The notes under the pieces are model-generated. The model was not told the DNA's origin. It saw nothing but the letters and a program-made list of their open reading frames with translations, and did not search any database. A program made the position numbers and the translations under genes. A DNA stretch of 64,000 bases from Alphaproteobacteria bacterium (GTDB lineage: Bacteria; Pseudomonadota; Alphaproteobacteria; Rhodobacterales; Rhodobacteraceae), in contig JAUIIR010000010.1 in NCBI GenBank assembly GCA_030431485.1, positions 331 through 64,330 of the forward strand. The letters are read 5' to 3'. Below, in pieces: positions 54,385 through 63,970 of this stretch; position 1 is the first letter of the stretch; the number at the start of each line of letters is the position of its first letter.

Positions 54385-54978
54385 ATGAGACATCTTTCAC
54401 TTGGCTTGGCTGTCGCAGCCATTGCTGGAGCAGCTTGCGCCGAAACGCCTGTTGGCATCACCAAGACCATGCCGACGGCCACAGTCCAGACGCCCTCTGG
54501 TCCGGTCGAGATCAAGCGTATTCAGGACACGGATAACGAAGTCACGGGCGAGTGGGCGCGCACCTCTCGGCCCTGTCCCGATTTCTGCATCCAGCCAATG
54601 ACCCCCGCACCGGGTGTCACAACAATTGGCGAGATCGAGTTGATCGCAATGCTGCAGGACCCAGAGGCGGTTGTCGTGGACAGCCGCACCACCGACTGGT
54701 TTCAGGGAGGCACAATTCCCGGTGCGATCAATATCCCCTACACATATGTCATTGATGAACTCGGTCAGCTTGGCTGCGAACCGGATTTCGAAGGCTGGGA
54801 CTGTTCAGACGCGAAACAGGTGGCTCTGTTCTGCAACGGCATCTGGTGTGGCCAGTCCCCAACCGCGATCCGCAACATGATCGAAGCCGGATACCCTGAA
54901 GACCGGATCTTCTATTACCGCGGCGGAATGCAAGTCTGGCGCGTTCTGGGTTTGACGGTCACCGGCGGAGAGGGCTGA
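54385..54978 (+). CDS. Secreted rhodanese-domain protein
   Basis: Signal peptide MRHLSLGLAVAAIAGAACA. Rhodanese-like region VVDSRTTDWFQGGTIPGAINIP, with a candidate active-site loop in FCNGIWCGQS. Confidence 0.7.
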   Translation: MRHLSLGLAVAAIAGAACAETPVGITKTMPTATVQTPSGPVEIKRIQDTDNEVTGEWARTSRPCPDFCIQPMTPAPGVTTIGEIELIAMLQDPEAVVVDSRTTDWFQGGTIPGAINIPYTYVIDELGQLGCEPDFEGWDCSDAKQVALFCNGIWCGQSPTAIRNMIEAGYPEDRIFYYRGGMQVWRVLGLTVTGGEG

Positions 54979-55041
54979 TCCCCTTTTCTTTTGCTGGGGC
55001 GCGCTATGGTTTTCCCCGTAAATCATGCGAGAGGAAAGACC

Positions 55042-55785
55042 ATGTTCAGAACGAGCCTTGCCGTCCTGGCCTTGACCGCAACTGCTGCGCAGGCCGAGAT
55101 TTCTGCCGAGTATCATCGCTACACCATTGGGGATCGTGAATACGAAGGGTACGTCGCGACCAACACCGCCATCGAATCCAAAGGCACTGTGCTGATCGTA
55201 CATGATTGGGATGGTATGACCGATTATGAGGAACGCCGCGCCGAAATGCTGGCCGCGCTGGGCTACACGGCTTTTGCCATCGACGTGTACGGTGCGGATG
55301 AAAACCCGCAGAGCATTGATGAAAATCGCGCGCTTTCCGGTGCCCTATATGGCGACCGCGAGGAATTTCGTGCCCGCTTGATGGGATCCATCGCGGAGGC
55401 CGCAAGCATCAATGGCGCGACAGAGAAGCACGTTCTCATGGGGTACTGCTTCGGCGGAGCCGCCGTCCTCGAAGCTGCCCGGGCTGGAGCCGAGCTTGAA
55501 GGGTTCGTCAGTTTTCACGGCGGTCTCGGTACACCCGAGGGTCAGGATTATTCCGCAACAACAGCACCTGTGATGCTGTTCCACGGCTCTGCCGACCCGG
55601 TCTCCGGCATGGCGGATCTGGCGTCGCTGCTGGATCAGTTGCAGTCCGCGGGCGTGACACACGGGGCCGAAGTCTTCGGTGGCGCACGTCACAGCTTTAC
55701 CGTCTACGGGTCCCGTGACTACGATCTCGCCGCAGATCAGGGCAGCTGGGAGGGACTGTTGGAGTTCCTCGACGACGCGCTGTGA
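55042..55785 (+). CDS. Dienelactone hydrolase family protein (secreted)
   Basis: The ATG at 55042 gives the signal peptide MFRTSLAVLALTATAAQA. DLH motifs: VLIVHDWDGMTDY, nucleophile elbow GYCFGG, and FHGSADPV ... ARHSF. Confidence 0.8.
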   Translation: MFRTSLAVLALTATAAQAEISAEYHRYTIGDREYEGYVATNTAIESKGTVLIVHDWDGMTDYEERRAEMLAALGYTAFAIDVYGADENPQSIDENRALSGALYGDREEFRARLMGSIAEAASINGATEKHVLMGYCFGGAAVLEAARAGAELEGFVSFHGGLGTPEGQDYSATTAPVMLFHGSADPVSGMADLASLLDQLQSAGVTHGAEVFGGARHSFTVYGSRDYDLAADQGSWEGLLEFLDDAL

Positions 55786-56324
55786 TGACGCGATTGCTTC
55801 TCATCCTCGGCCTTTTCTGGCCGGGGATCGCTTTGGCCGATGATTGGGACGCGCTCGACACCCCCGGTGCCTTTGCCATCATGCGTCATGCCCTGGCACC
55901 TGGCACTGGCGATCCAGCCACTCTGACCATTGGCGATTGCAACACCCAGCGCAATCTCAGCCAGCAAGGAAGGGATCAGGCAACCCGCATTGGCGCTGCG
56001 TTTCGGGATCGGGGGCACACGTTCGATATCGTCCTGACAAGCCAATGGTGTCGGTGCCGCGACACTGCCGAATTGCTGGCGCTCGGCCCGGTGGAAGAGG
56101 TTCCAGCCTTCAACTCCTTCTTTCAGGATTTCTCGACCCGCGAGAGCCAGACAGCCGACGCGCTTGCGCTGCTCGCAGATCGCGAGGACCGGCCATTTAT
56201 TGTCACTCATCAGGTCAATATTCGCACGCTGACCGGGGATACAACGCGATCAGGCGAAGTGCTGATCGTGCGCCATTCTGGCGACCGGCTTGATGTGCTT
56301 GGCTCTATACTGATCGACCCGTAG
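55782..56324 (+). CDS. Histidine phosphatase (SixA/PGAM-like) family protein with signal peptide
   Basis: MMTRLLLILGLFWPGIALA, then the catalytic IMRHALAP (RH motif), and ends with FIVTHQVNI. 4-nt overlap with the upstream gene. Confidence 0.7.
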   Translation: MMTRLLLILGLFWPGIALADDWDALDTPGAFAIMRHALAPGTGDPATLTIGDCNTQRNLSQQGRDQATRIGAAFRDRGHTFDIVLTSQWCRCRDTAELLALGPVEEVPAFNSFFQDFSTRESQTADALALLADREDRPFIVTHQVNIRTLTGDTTRSGEVLIVRHSGDRLDVLGSILIDP

Positions 56325-56384
56325 CGTGCCAAAATCGACGAACCTCCGTTGCGGGCGAGCGGTGCAATCGCTAAACCGCGCGCC

Positions 56385-57101
56385 ATGACTGACACCAAAC
56401 ATCCCTCCGGCGCCCCGTGGCGCAATTTCTATGGCCGGTTCAAGGGTAAGACCCTAAGACCCAGTCAAAAAGATTACCTTGAAAGCGACCTCGAAGCTTT
56501 GAGCCCGGGGCCCGTCGCGTGGGAAGACAACCCTGAGCGCACGCCGCTGGACCTGAAAACGGTCTTCGGCGGCAAACCGGTCTGGGTCGAGATTGGCTTT
56601 GGTGGTGGTGAGCACCTTGTCCATCAGGCGCAGACTTATCCGGAAGTCGGTATCATCGGTTGCGAGCCGTTTATCAACGGGGTGGCGATGCTGCTTGGAA
56701 AGATCCGGGATTCAGGGGTCACGAACCTGCGGGTGCATCCGGGCGACGCGCGTGATCTCTTTGATGTCTTGCCTGCAGGCTCTGTCGAAAAGGCATTTCT
56801 GCTTTACCCCGATCCGTGGCCCAAGAAACGCCACCATCGCCGCCGTTTCGTCACGCAAGAGCATCTTGAGCCGCTCTTCCAAGTTCTCAAACCCGGTGCG
56901 GAATTCCGGGTGGCGACGGACATCCCCGACTACGTCCGTCAGACTCTTATCGAAGTGCCCAAAGCCGGGTTCGACTGGTTGGCAGAAGGCCCCGGCGATT
57001 GGCGGCATCCTTGGGAGGACTGGTATTCGACGCGCTACGAGATGAAGGCGCTGCGGGAAAAGCGCATGCCCCACTACATGACGTTTCGGAAACCAGCATG
57101 A
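56385..57101 (+). CDS. trmB: tRNA (guanine-N7)-methyltransferase
   Basis: [41 protein letters not shown]. The first plausible ATG is at 56385. Confidence 0.88.
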   Translation: MTDTKHPSGAPWRNFYGRFKGKTLRPSQKDYLESDLEALSPGPVAWEDNPERTPLDLKTVFGGKPVWVEIGFGGGEHLVHQAQTYPEVGIIGCEPFINGVAMLLGKIRDSGVTNLRVHPGDARDLFDVLPAGSVEKAFLLYPDPWPKKRHHRRRFVTQEHLEPLFQVLKPGAEFRVATDIPDYVRQTLIEVPKAGFDWLAEGPGDWRHPWEDWYSTRYEMKALREKRMPHYMTFRKPA

Positions 57102-57712
57102 TGTCTCCGTTCACAATCGCCATTGACGGTCCGGCTGCGGCAGGCAAAGGCACGATCAGCAAGGCGGTCGCCGCACATTTCGATTTGGCGCATCTCGATA
57201 CGGGGTTGCTCTACCGCGCGGTAGGCGCGCGCATGCTGATGGGCGAAGAGCCCATATCGGCAGCACAGACGCTGGTGGCAGCCGATCTTGAAAACCCGGA
57301 CCTGCGGACAGCAGAGGTTGCGCAATCGGCGTCAAAGGTCGCCGTAATACCCGAAGTCCGCGCCGCATTGCTGGATTTTCAGCGCGCCTTTGCACGGCGC
57401 GCGGGTGGTGCCGTGCTGGATGGGCGCGACATCGGCACAGTGATCTGCCCGCAGGCCGAGGTGAAGCTCTTTGTGACCGCCAGCCCGGAAGTGCGGGCCC
57501 AGCGACGGCTTGCCGAGTTGACGGAACGGGGATTTGAAACCGATTTCGACACTGTGCTCGCCGATGTCAAAGCCCGCGACGACCGCGATATGAACCGCGC
57601 CGATGCGCCTTTGCGGCCTGCCGATGATGCGGTTGTGCTGGACACCTCCGAACTGGGCATTGAAGAGGCCGTCGCCATCGCGGTCAAAACCATCAGCGCT
57701 GCGCGCGACTGA
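57098..57712 (+). CDS. cmk: Cytidylate kinase
   Basis: The ATG at 57098 overlaps the trmB stop. [41 protein letters not shown]. Confidence 0.9.
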   Translation: MMSPFTIAIDGPAAAGKGTISKAVAAHFDLAHLDTGLLYRAVGARMLMGEEPISAAQTLVAADLENPDLRTAEVAQSASKVAVIPEVRAALLDFQRAFARRAGGAVLDGRDIGTVICPQAEVKLFVTASPEVRAQRRLAELTERGFETDFDTVLADVKARDDRDMNRADAPLRPADDAVVLDTSELGIEEAVAIAVKTISAARD

Positions 57713-57828
57713 ACCGCCGGCAATTTGCTTCAAATCGAACACCGATAGCCGCTTTGCGTTCATCGGTTGGCAATCCGTTGGGCCTAGGACCGAGAACGCT
57801 TTGTTCCTTGGGTCATTGGGTGTCTGTG

Positions 57829-58944
57829 ATGGCGAAACTGATTTACATCGGGACTCTCCGCCCGATGGATCGCGTGGAAAACAACAATACGAACGAAGCC
57901 CCGGACGCCATACGGGGCACGTATCACCAGAGTGATATGCAGAACGTGTCTGTCGATATGTCCGACACCTATCAGGCCGGTATCACGTATAACGATGATT
58001 ACGGCCTGCCTGCAGATACCTTCACATATGACCTTGGCGCTGGGGACGTGACCAGCGGGCTCGATGCCGAGGCGCGCTTTTCCGCAAAGGTGGTGAGTGC
58101 CGGGTCACATGCACAGGAAGCAATCAATGTCAGCGTCTATCAACTGCAGAATGGTGACACCTTTGTGCGCCTGCCAGATGGGCACAAGATCACCAAGCTG
58201 AGCATCAAACATATGATTGGCGACGGCTTTGACGGTATCTACACCGGAAGCTCCAGCACCTCGTCAGTCGTCTGCTTCTTGGCGGGCAGCTTGATCGAAA
58301 CACCGGACGGGCCAAGGCGTATAGAAACTCTCCGCATTGGAGATCATGTGCTGACCAGAGACAACGGCGCGCAACGCGTCATTTGGGCCGCGCAGTGGAC
58401 GGCTCTGGCAACCGACAAAACCGCGCCGATCCGAATTGACGTCGGCGCCTTGGGGCATGGCATACCCGACCGACCGCTTTCTGTGTCGCCTCAGCATCGC
58501 ATCTATGTTGAGTCTCCTGTCGCCACGCACATGTTCGGCACTTCAGGGGGATTGGTTGCAGCACATCATCTTGTTGGCTTGCCCGGTGTCGCGCGGGCGC
58601 AGACGGGCGGCCCGGTCACCTATGCCCATATTGCCTGCCGAAACCACGAATTGATCAACGCGCATGGTCTCCAGGCGGAAACGCTCATGCTTGCGCCGAT
58701 GTCGCGTTCCGTGATTGAGGCCACGGGCGTTGCAATGCCGCCAGTTTCGCAGCACGCAGCCCCGGTTCGGCCGCTGCTTGTCGGCCACAAGCAGCGCCAG
58801 TACATAAACCGCCTGAAGGCGCGACTGGAGCGGCACCAAAGCGTTCCGCCGCAGGACGTGGTGGGTCACGCCCTTCCGGTCCCACCCAGTTCAGACGCTT
58901 TGGGCTTGCGTGGATATGCCGGCCACATGCCCCGGCTGCGCTAA
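57829..58944 (+). CDS. Hint-domain (Hint_2 / bacterial intein-like) protein
   Basis: The ATG at 57829 gives MAKLIYIGTL... The C-terminal half matches the Hint_2 pattern: CFLAGSLIETPDGPRRIETLRIGDHVLTRDNGAQRVIW...PIRIDVGALGHGIPDRPLSVSPQHRIYV...VTYAHIACRNHELINAHGLQAETL. I recognise no domain in the N-terminal ~145 aa. Confidence 0.8.
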   Translation: MAKLIYIGTLRPMDRVENNNTNEAPDAIRGTYHQSDMQNVSVDMSDTYQAGITYNDDYGLPADTFTYDLGAGDVTSGLDAEARFSAKVVSAGSHAQEAINVSVYQLQNGDTFVRLPDGHKITKLSIKHMIGDGFDGIYTGSSSTSSVVCFLAGSLIETPDGPRRIETLRIGDHVLTRDNGAQRVIWAAQWTALATDKTAPIRIDVGALGHGIPDRPLSVSPQHRIYVESPVATHMFGTSGGLVAAHHLVGLPGVARAQTGGPVTYAHIACRNHELINAHGLQAETLMLAPMSRSVIEATGVAMPPVSQHAAPVRPLLVGHKQRQYINRLKARLERHQSVPPQDVVGHALPVPPSSDALGLRGYAGHMPRLR

Positions 58945-59035
58945 GGGCTTGCCATGTGAGGATCGCTCTGCTAACCCGCGCGCGTCGATAAAAGGCAAAT
59001 AACGCCAAAAGACAAAGATCGAGCAGGGGTCGGCA

Positions 59036-59068
59036 ATCACCGGCCCTCTTTGTTTTGAGGACGCCTTG
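59036..59068 (+). terminator. Candidate intrinsic terminator after the Hint-domain gene
   Basis: GGGGTCGG-CAATCA-CCGGCCCT: an 8-bp stem including two G-U pairs, followed by CTTTGTTTTG. Confidence 0.5.
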
Positions 59069-59163
59069 ACCAATCCCGTTCGCCGCAAGTGCGGACATCA
59101 CCCCAGACCGGCGGAGACAACCGCGCGGCCAGTCAAATGATACGTAAAGGAAACAGACGCCAC

Positions 59164-60849
59164 ATGGCTCAAAACGCATCTATGGAAGAATTCGAGGCAC
59201 TGCTGAACGAAAGCCTCGAAATGGACACACCGGACGAAGGGTCCGTTGTCAAAGGCAAGGTCATCGCAATCGAAGCGGGCCAGGCCATCATCGACGTTGG
59301 CTACAAAATGGAAGGCCGCGTTGATCTTAAAGAATTTGCAAACCCTGGCGAAGCGCCCGACCTGAGCGTTGGCGACGAAGTCGAGGTGTTCCTGCGCTCT
59401 GCAGAAAACGCCCGTGGCGAAGCTGTCATCTCCCGCGAAATGGCGCGCCGTGAAGAAGCATGGGATCGCCTTGAAAAGGCATATGCAGACGACGCACGCG
59501 TCGAAGGCGCGATCTTTGGTCGTGTCAAAGGCGGCTTCACTGTCGATCTCGGTGGCGCAGTTGCGTTCCTTCCCGGCTCGCAGGTCGATGTTCGTCCGGT
59601 GCGCGATGCTGGCCCGCTCATGGGTCTCAAGCAGCCGTTCCAGATTCTCAAGATGGACCGTCGTCGTGGCAACATCGTCGTGTCGCGCCGCGCAATCCTC
59701 GAAGAGTCCCGCGCAGAACAGCGCGCCGAAGTCATCGGCAACCTCACCGAAGGTCAGGCCGTCGACGGCGTGGTCAAGAACATCACCGAATATGGTGCAT
59801 TTGTTGACCTCGGCGGCGTAGACGGTCTGCTGCACGTGACCGACATGGCATGGCGCCGCGTCAACCACCCGTCCGAGATCCTGTCGATCGGCGAAACCGT
59901 CAAGGTTCAGGTCATCAAGATCAACAAAGACACCCACCGCATCAGCCTCGGCATGAAGCAGCTGCAGGAAGATCCGTGGGATCTGGTTGCCGCCAAGTAC
60001 CCGCTTGAGTCCGTGCACATGGGCCGCGTGACCAACATCACCGATTACGGTGCGTTTGTTGAGCTGGAGCCGGGTGTTGAGGGCCTCGTCCACGTGTCTG
60101 AAATGTCCTGGACCAAGAAGAACGTCCATCCGGGCAAGATCGTGTCGACCTCGCAGGAAGTCGAAGTCATGGTTCTGGAAATCGACAGCGCCAAGCGCCG
60201 TGTGTCTCTGGGCCTCAAGCAGACCATGCGCAACCCATGGGAAGTGTTTGCAGAAACGCACCCCGAGGGCACAGAGGTCGAAGGCGAAGTCAAGAACATC
60301 ACCGAATTCGGTCTGTTCGTTGGCCTCGACGGCGACATCGACGGCATGGTGCACCTCTCCGACCTCAGCTGGGACGAGCGTGGCGAAGATGCCATCCAGA
60401 ACTACCGCAAGGGCGACATGGTTCAGGCCGTTGTCACCGAAGTGGATGTTGAGAAAGAGCGTATCTCGCTCTCCGTCAAAGCACTGGGCGGCGACAAGTT
60501 CGCGGACGCCGTTGGCGGCGTGAAGCGTGGTTCGGTCATCACCGTTCAGGTCACCGCGATCGAAGATGGCGGCATCGAAGTGGAATACGAAGGCATGAAG
60601 TCCTTCATCCGCCGCTCCGACCTCAGCCGTGATCGTGCAGAGCAGCGCCCCGAGCGGTTCTCTGTCGGCGACAAGGTTGATGTGCGCGTCACCAACGTGG
60701 ACAGCAAGACCCGCCGTCTTGGCCTGTCGATCAAGGCACGCGAGATTGCCGAAGAGAAAGAAGCGGTACAGCAGTATGGCTCCTCCGACTCCGGCGCATC
60801 GCTTGGCGATATCCTTGGCGCGGCGCTGAAGTCCGGCGACGACAACTGA
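59164..60849 (+). CDS. rpsA: 30S ribosomal protein S1
   Basis: The ATG at 59164 gives MAQNASMEEFEALLNESLEM.., followed by six S1 repeats (e.g. VKGKVIAIEAGQAIIDVGYK, VDGVVKNITEYGAFVDLGGVDGLLHVTDM, GRVTNITDYGAFVELEPGVEGLVHVSEM). Confidence 0.95.
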   Translation: MAQNASMEEFEALLNESLEMDTPDEGSVVKGKVIAIEAGQAIIDVGYKMEGRVDLKEFANPGEAPDLSVGDEVEVFLRSAENARGEAVISREMARREEAWDRLEKAYADDARVEGAIFGRVKGGFTVDLGGAVAFLPGSQVDVRPVRDAGPLMGLKQPFQILKMDRRRGNIVVSRRAILEESRAEQRAEVIGNLTEGQAVDGVVKNITEYGAFVDLGGVDGLLHVTDMAWRRVNHPSEILSIGETVKVQVIKINKDTHRISLGMKQLQEDPWDLVAAKYPLESVHMGRVTNITDYGAFVELEPGVEGLVHVSEMSWTKKNVHPGKIVSTSQEVEVMVLEIDSAKRRVSLGLKQTMRNPWEVFAETHPEGTEVEGEVKNITEFGLFVGLDGDIDGMVHLSDLSWDERGEDAIQNYRKGDMVQAVVTEVDVEKERISLSVKALGGDKFADAVGGVKRGSVITVQVTAIEDGGIEVEYEGMKSFIRRSDLSRDRAEQRPERFSVGDKVDVRVTNVDSKTRRLGLSIKAREIAEEKEAVQQYGSSDSGASLGDILGAALKSGDDN

Positions 60850-60876
60850 TCTGATTGATCAGACGAAACACAGAAA

Positions 60877-60906
60877 CCCCCGCATCCTGGATGCGGGGGT
60901 TTTTCG
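60877..60906 (+). terminator. Rho-independent terminator of rpsA
   Basis: Perfect 10-bp stem CCCCCGCATC / GATGCGGGGG with a CTG loop, followed by TTTTTCG. Confidence 0.85.
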
Positions 60907-61039
60907 TTTCCGGGCCGCGCACTGCGAGGAAGATGCGGCGATCCAAGATCATCACCGCGATGCGTAAACGGGAAAAGGCGCTCTGTACCTTTGGACTGTC
61001 CCCTTGGAAGTTTGCGAAGCCGAGAAGGCTTGACCCCTC

Positions 61040-61876
61040 TCAGGCGACCTTGCGGAGTCCTAGCATCTCGCGTGCCTGCTGCCATGTGGCGACAGGGCGT
61101 TCATATTTCTCGCATATCTCCACCGCGCGTTTGACCAGAGCGGCATTCGACGGCGCCAAGGTGCTGCGATCGAGGCGGATGTTGTCTTCGAGACCAGTGC
61201 GGGCGTGACCCCCAGCGGCGATCGCCCACTCGTTCAGCACAATCTGGTTCGGCCCAATCCCGGCGGCGCACCACGGCGTGTCCTCACCGAACAGCCGCTT
61301 GACCGTGTGGAGGTAGAAATCGAACACCTCGCGGTCCACCGGCATGGCGTTCTTCACACCCATGACAAACTGCACGTAAGGTGTCTCTGCAATGTCGCCC
61401 GCTTGATGCATCGCGGCCGCGCGGAAGATGTGCGACAGGTCAAACGCCTCGATCTCGGGCTTGATGTCGTAGGTTTTCATTTCGGAGGCCAACCAGGCAA
61501 CCAGATCAGGCGGGTTCTCGTACACCCGCGTCGGAAAGTTGTTCGAGCCCACTGACAGCGACGCCATATCGGGCCTGAGCGGCAGCATTCCGCCGCGTGT
61601 CTTGCCGGCTCCGGAGCGGCCGCCAGTCGACAATTGGATGATCATCCCCGGACAGTGTTTCTCGACCCCTTCCTTGAGACGAGCGAATTTCTCCGGGTCC
61701 GAGCTGGGGGTCTCATCATCGTTGCGCACATGGGCGTGCATGATCGTGGCGCCCGCTTCAAACGCCTCATGCGCGCTTTCGATCTGCTCCGATATGCTGG
61801 TCGGCACGGCGGGATTGTCAGCTTTGGTCGGCACAGAACCGGTGATGGCGACGCAGATGATGCAGGGAGTGGTCAT
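61040..61876 (-). CDS. BKACE-family (3-keto-5-aminohexanoate cleavage enzyme, DUF849) protein
   Basis: The ATG at 61876 gives MTTPCIICVAITGSVPTKADNPAVPTSISEQIESAHEAFEAGATIMHAHVRN, the characteristic BKACE N-terminus with a Zn-binding HxH. Confidence 0.8.
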   Translation of the reverse strand: MTTPCIICVAITGSVPTKADNPAVPTSISEQIESAHEAFEAGATIMHAHVRNDDETPSSDPEKFARLKEGVEKHCPGMIIQLSTGGRSGAGKTRGGMLPLRPDMASLSVGSNNFPTRVYENPPDLVAWLASEMKTYDIKPEIEAFDLSHIFRAAAMHQAGDIAETPYVQFVMGVKNAMPVDREVFDFYLHTVKRLFGEDTPWCAAGIGPNQIVLNEWAIAAGGHARTGLEDNIRLDRSTLAPSNAALVKRAVEICEKYERPVATWQQAREMLGLRKVA

Positions 61877-61934
61877 GTGATGGCGATGTCCTTTGGTGGT
61901 CGTGGCGCGCAATGTGGCAGGAAACGCGCCGCTG

Positions 61935-62777
61935 TCAAATGTCGCCGCCCAGATCGTCCCAAATCTCCTGCACCCAGCCCTTGATCACCTGCGCCTCGTG
62001 CCAGCGGTTCGACATCTCGCGCCCGTCCGGGCCGGTTATCGCATATTCCGGCGGTCCAAGCTCGCAGACAAAGATGCAGTCGCCCGACGCATTGCGGCTG
62101 CGCCAGTCGGATATGCCTTCGCGCCACCAGCCCTTGAAAAGATCCACCCATTTCTGATGCTGCGGGAAATCGAGTTGTAGCTGAATTTGCTGGCGACTCG
62201 CTACGCGCCCTTGAAAACTGTCCGAGCGTTTGAGAACGCGGGAGATCAGGCCGAGGTCGTGCTCTGACAGGGGATACCAGAATTCCCGGTCCACCACGTA
62301 GTGCGAAAGGTCCGCGCAAATCCGCATCTCGGGGATGCGCTCAAGCAGTTGCAGCGTCGTGTAAAGATCGTTGGTGATGCAGTTGCGGTGGGTTTCGAAC
62401 TGGATCGGCATACCGATGCGGTCAGACATCGCCATCCACGTTTCGATCACCGGCACCATGTCATCCAGAGCAATCGGCATGACCTGACCGATCACGTCCA
62501 CAAAATGCGCGCCGAAATCGACGGCCATATGCAGCGTGTCCTCAAGGCTCTCAATCGTCTTTGGGAAGGCCACGATCAGTGGCGTCAGCCCGTTGGCCTC
62601 CATATGAGGGCGTACGGCATGGGCGACGGCCACATCCGACGCGCCCAGATCAATCGCCATCCCGTCGAACCCGGCCCCGGCGACCATCTCGCAGACCTGA
62701 TCATAGGGCAGTTTGACCCCGGTCTGGTCATGCGGCTGCATCGCCCAGAGCGAGGTGTAGACCTGAAGCCGCATCAC
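61935..62777 (-). CDS. Xylose-isomerase-like TIM-barrel (sugar phosphate isomerase/epimerase family) protein
   Basis: 280 aa. The pattern is typical of AP_endonuc_2 TIM barrels (FDGMAIDL, IQFETHRNCI, ICADLSHYVV). The assignment is moderate. Confidence 0.6.
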   Translation of the reverse strand: MMRLQVYTSLWAMQPHDQTGVKLPYDQVCEMVAGAGFDGMAIDLGASDVAVAHAVRPHMEANGLTPLIVAFPKTIESLEDTLHMAVDFGAHFVDVIGQVMPIALDDMVPVIETWMAMSDRIGMPIQFETHRNCITNDLYTTLQLLERIPEMRICADLSHYVVDREFWYPLSEHDLGLISRVLKRSDSFQGRVASRQQIQLQLDFPQHQKWVDLFKGWWREGISDWRSRNASGDCIFVCELGPPEYAITGPDGREMSNRWHEAQVIKGWVQEIWDDLGGDI

Positions 62778-63757
62778 TCGGCAGGCACCCGACGTGTGCG
62801 ACCGCCTGATACCGGCACGATCCAGACTTCATTCATTGGATACTGGCTTTCGTCCTTGGCCATCAGCTTCTTGATGACTTCGACCTGGAACTCGATCCAG
62901 CCCATGCGATGCACTTCACCTGCCTTGTCTTCGATCTTGTCGTTCAATTCGCGCAGTTTCCAGAACGGCACGGCGGGAAAGGTGTGATGCGCGGTGTGAT
63001 AGGGCATCTGCCAGCACAGCCAGCGGAAAAACGCGTTGGTGCGGGTCGAGCGTGTGTTTTCGAGAATGTCGTTCTCGTGGGAAAGGCCCAGATGTTCGAT
63101 GGTGTTCTGCAGCTGGTGTACCGGTTTGGTCAGCACCATCGGGAGCAACCAGAAGGTCAGCGCGGCCCAGCTTCCTGTCACGAGCGACACCAGCGCGATC
63201 ACCCCGTAAAGCGCCAGATGAATGCGGCTTTCGCGGATCACCTTCGCCTCTTCCTCTGGCCGGATGAACGGTTCCACGATGACGCCCCGCGCCCGTCGTA
63301 CCACGCCGAACACCCGGTTGCGCCAATAGGTGATGCCCGACAGCCATAGCAGGTAGGTCGTTAATGTATAGGGCTCGCGCACCAGTTCGCCGTCGCGCTC
63401 CCAGTCCTGCGTGTACTGGTGATGCGCGAAATGCATGATCTGGTCGAAATCGCGTGGGAAGATCTGGATGAAGCCGATGATCCGGCCAAAAAGCTCGTTC
63501 AGGCTGCGGGTCTTGAACACGGTGGCGTGGCTGAGTTCGTGCTGCGCCGCGTAAAGGAAGTTCAGCAACACGCCAAGCGCAAAGCCCGTGACCCAGACCC
63601 ATCCGGTGCCCATCGCCTGCGCGTGCAGGACAGCGACGACCAGGATTGCCCCTATATGGCTCGCCATCTGAAGCGTACCCATGAGATCAGACCGTTCGGT
63701 CAGACTGCGCAACTCGGTTGGTGTAAGCAGTTTGCGGCGCGAAAAGCTGGCTTCCAT
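62774..63757 (-). CDS. Membrane fatty-acid-desaturase-family di-iron enzyme
   Basis: Three His boxes: HELSH, HFAHH and HTAHH. Several TM segments. I prefer the ATG at 63757 (MEASFSRRKLL). The stop overlaps the start of the TIM-barrel gene by 4 nt. Confidence 0.8.
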   Translation of the reverse strand: MEASFSRRKLLTPTELRSLTERSDLMGTLQMASHIGAILVVAVLHAQAMGTGWVWVTGFALGVLLNFLYAAQHELSHATVFKTRSLNELFGRIIGFIQIFPRDFDQIMHFAHHQYTQDWERDGELVREPYTLTTYLLWLSGITYWRNRVFGVVRRARGVIVEPFIRPEEEAKVIRESRIHLALYGVIALVSLVTGSWAALTFWLLPMVLTKPVHQLQNTIEHLGLSHENDILENTRSTRTNAFFRWLCWQMPYHTAHHTFPAVPFWKLRELNDKIEDKAGEVHRMGWIEFQVEVIKKLMAKDESQYPMNEVWIVPVSGGRTRRVPAE

Positions 63758-63970
63758 CACTCCCTCCTGATCTGTTTGCGACAGACTGGCCGGGATTGTG
63801 GCAAAAGAAAAGTGTGCTGATAGGGGCAATAGGGGGCGCGTCGGTTATCTGCCGGATTTGCAAGCATCCGCGCAAAACCAAGGGTTGAGCGGACACCCAT
63901 TGTGTGACGCCCGACTTGGCCTCACAATACACTCAAAACGCATCATAGCATCATAGAGGTGAGCAGACCG

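Noticed and set aside
57713-59163. The Hint-domain gene considered as part of a mobile genetic element or genomic island.
   Set aside because: I saw no integrase, transposase, tRNA attachment site or flanking direct or inverted repeats. Only a single gene is inserted. It is kept as a finding about an insertion, not annotated as a mobile element.
63941-63956. The tandem duplication CATCATAG-CATCATAG upstream of the truncated last ORF.
   Set aside because: There are only two copies of an 8-mer, which could be chance or part of a promoter. The evidence is insufficient for any function.
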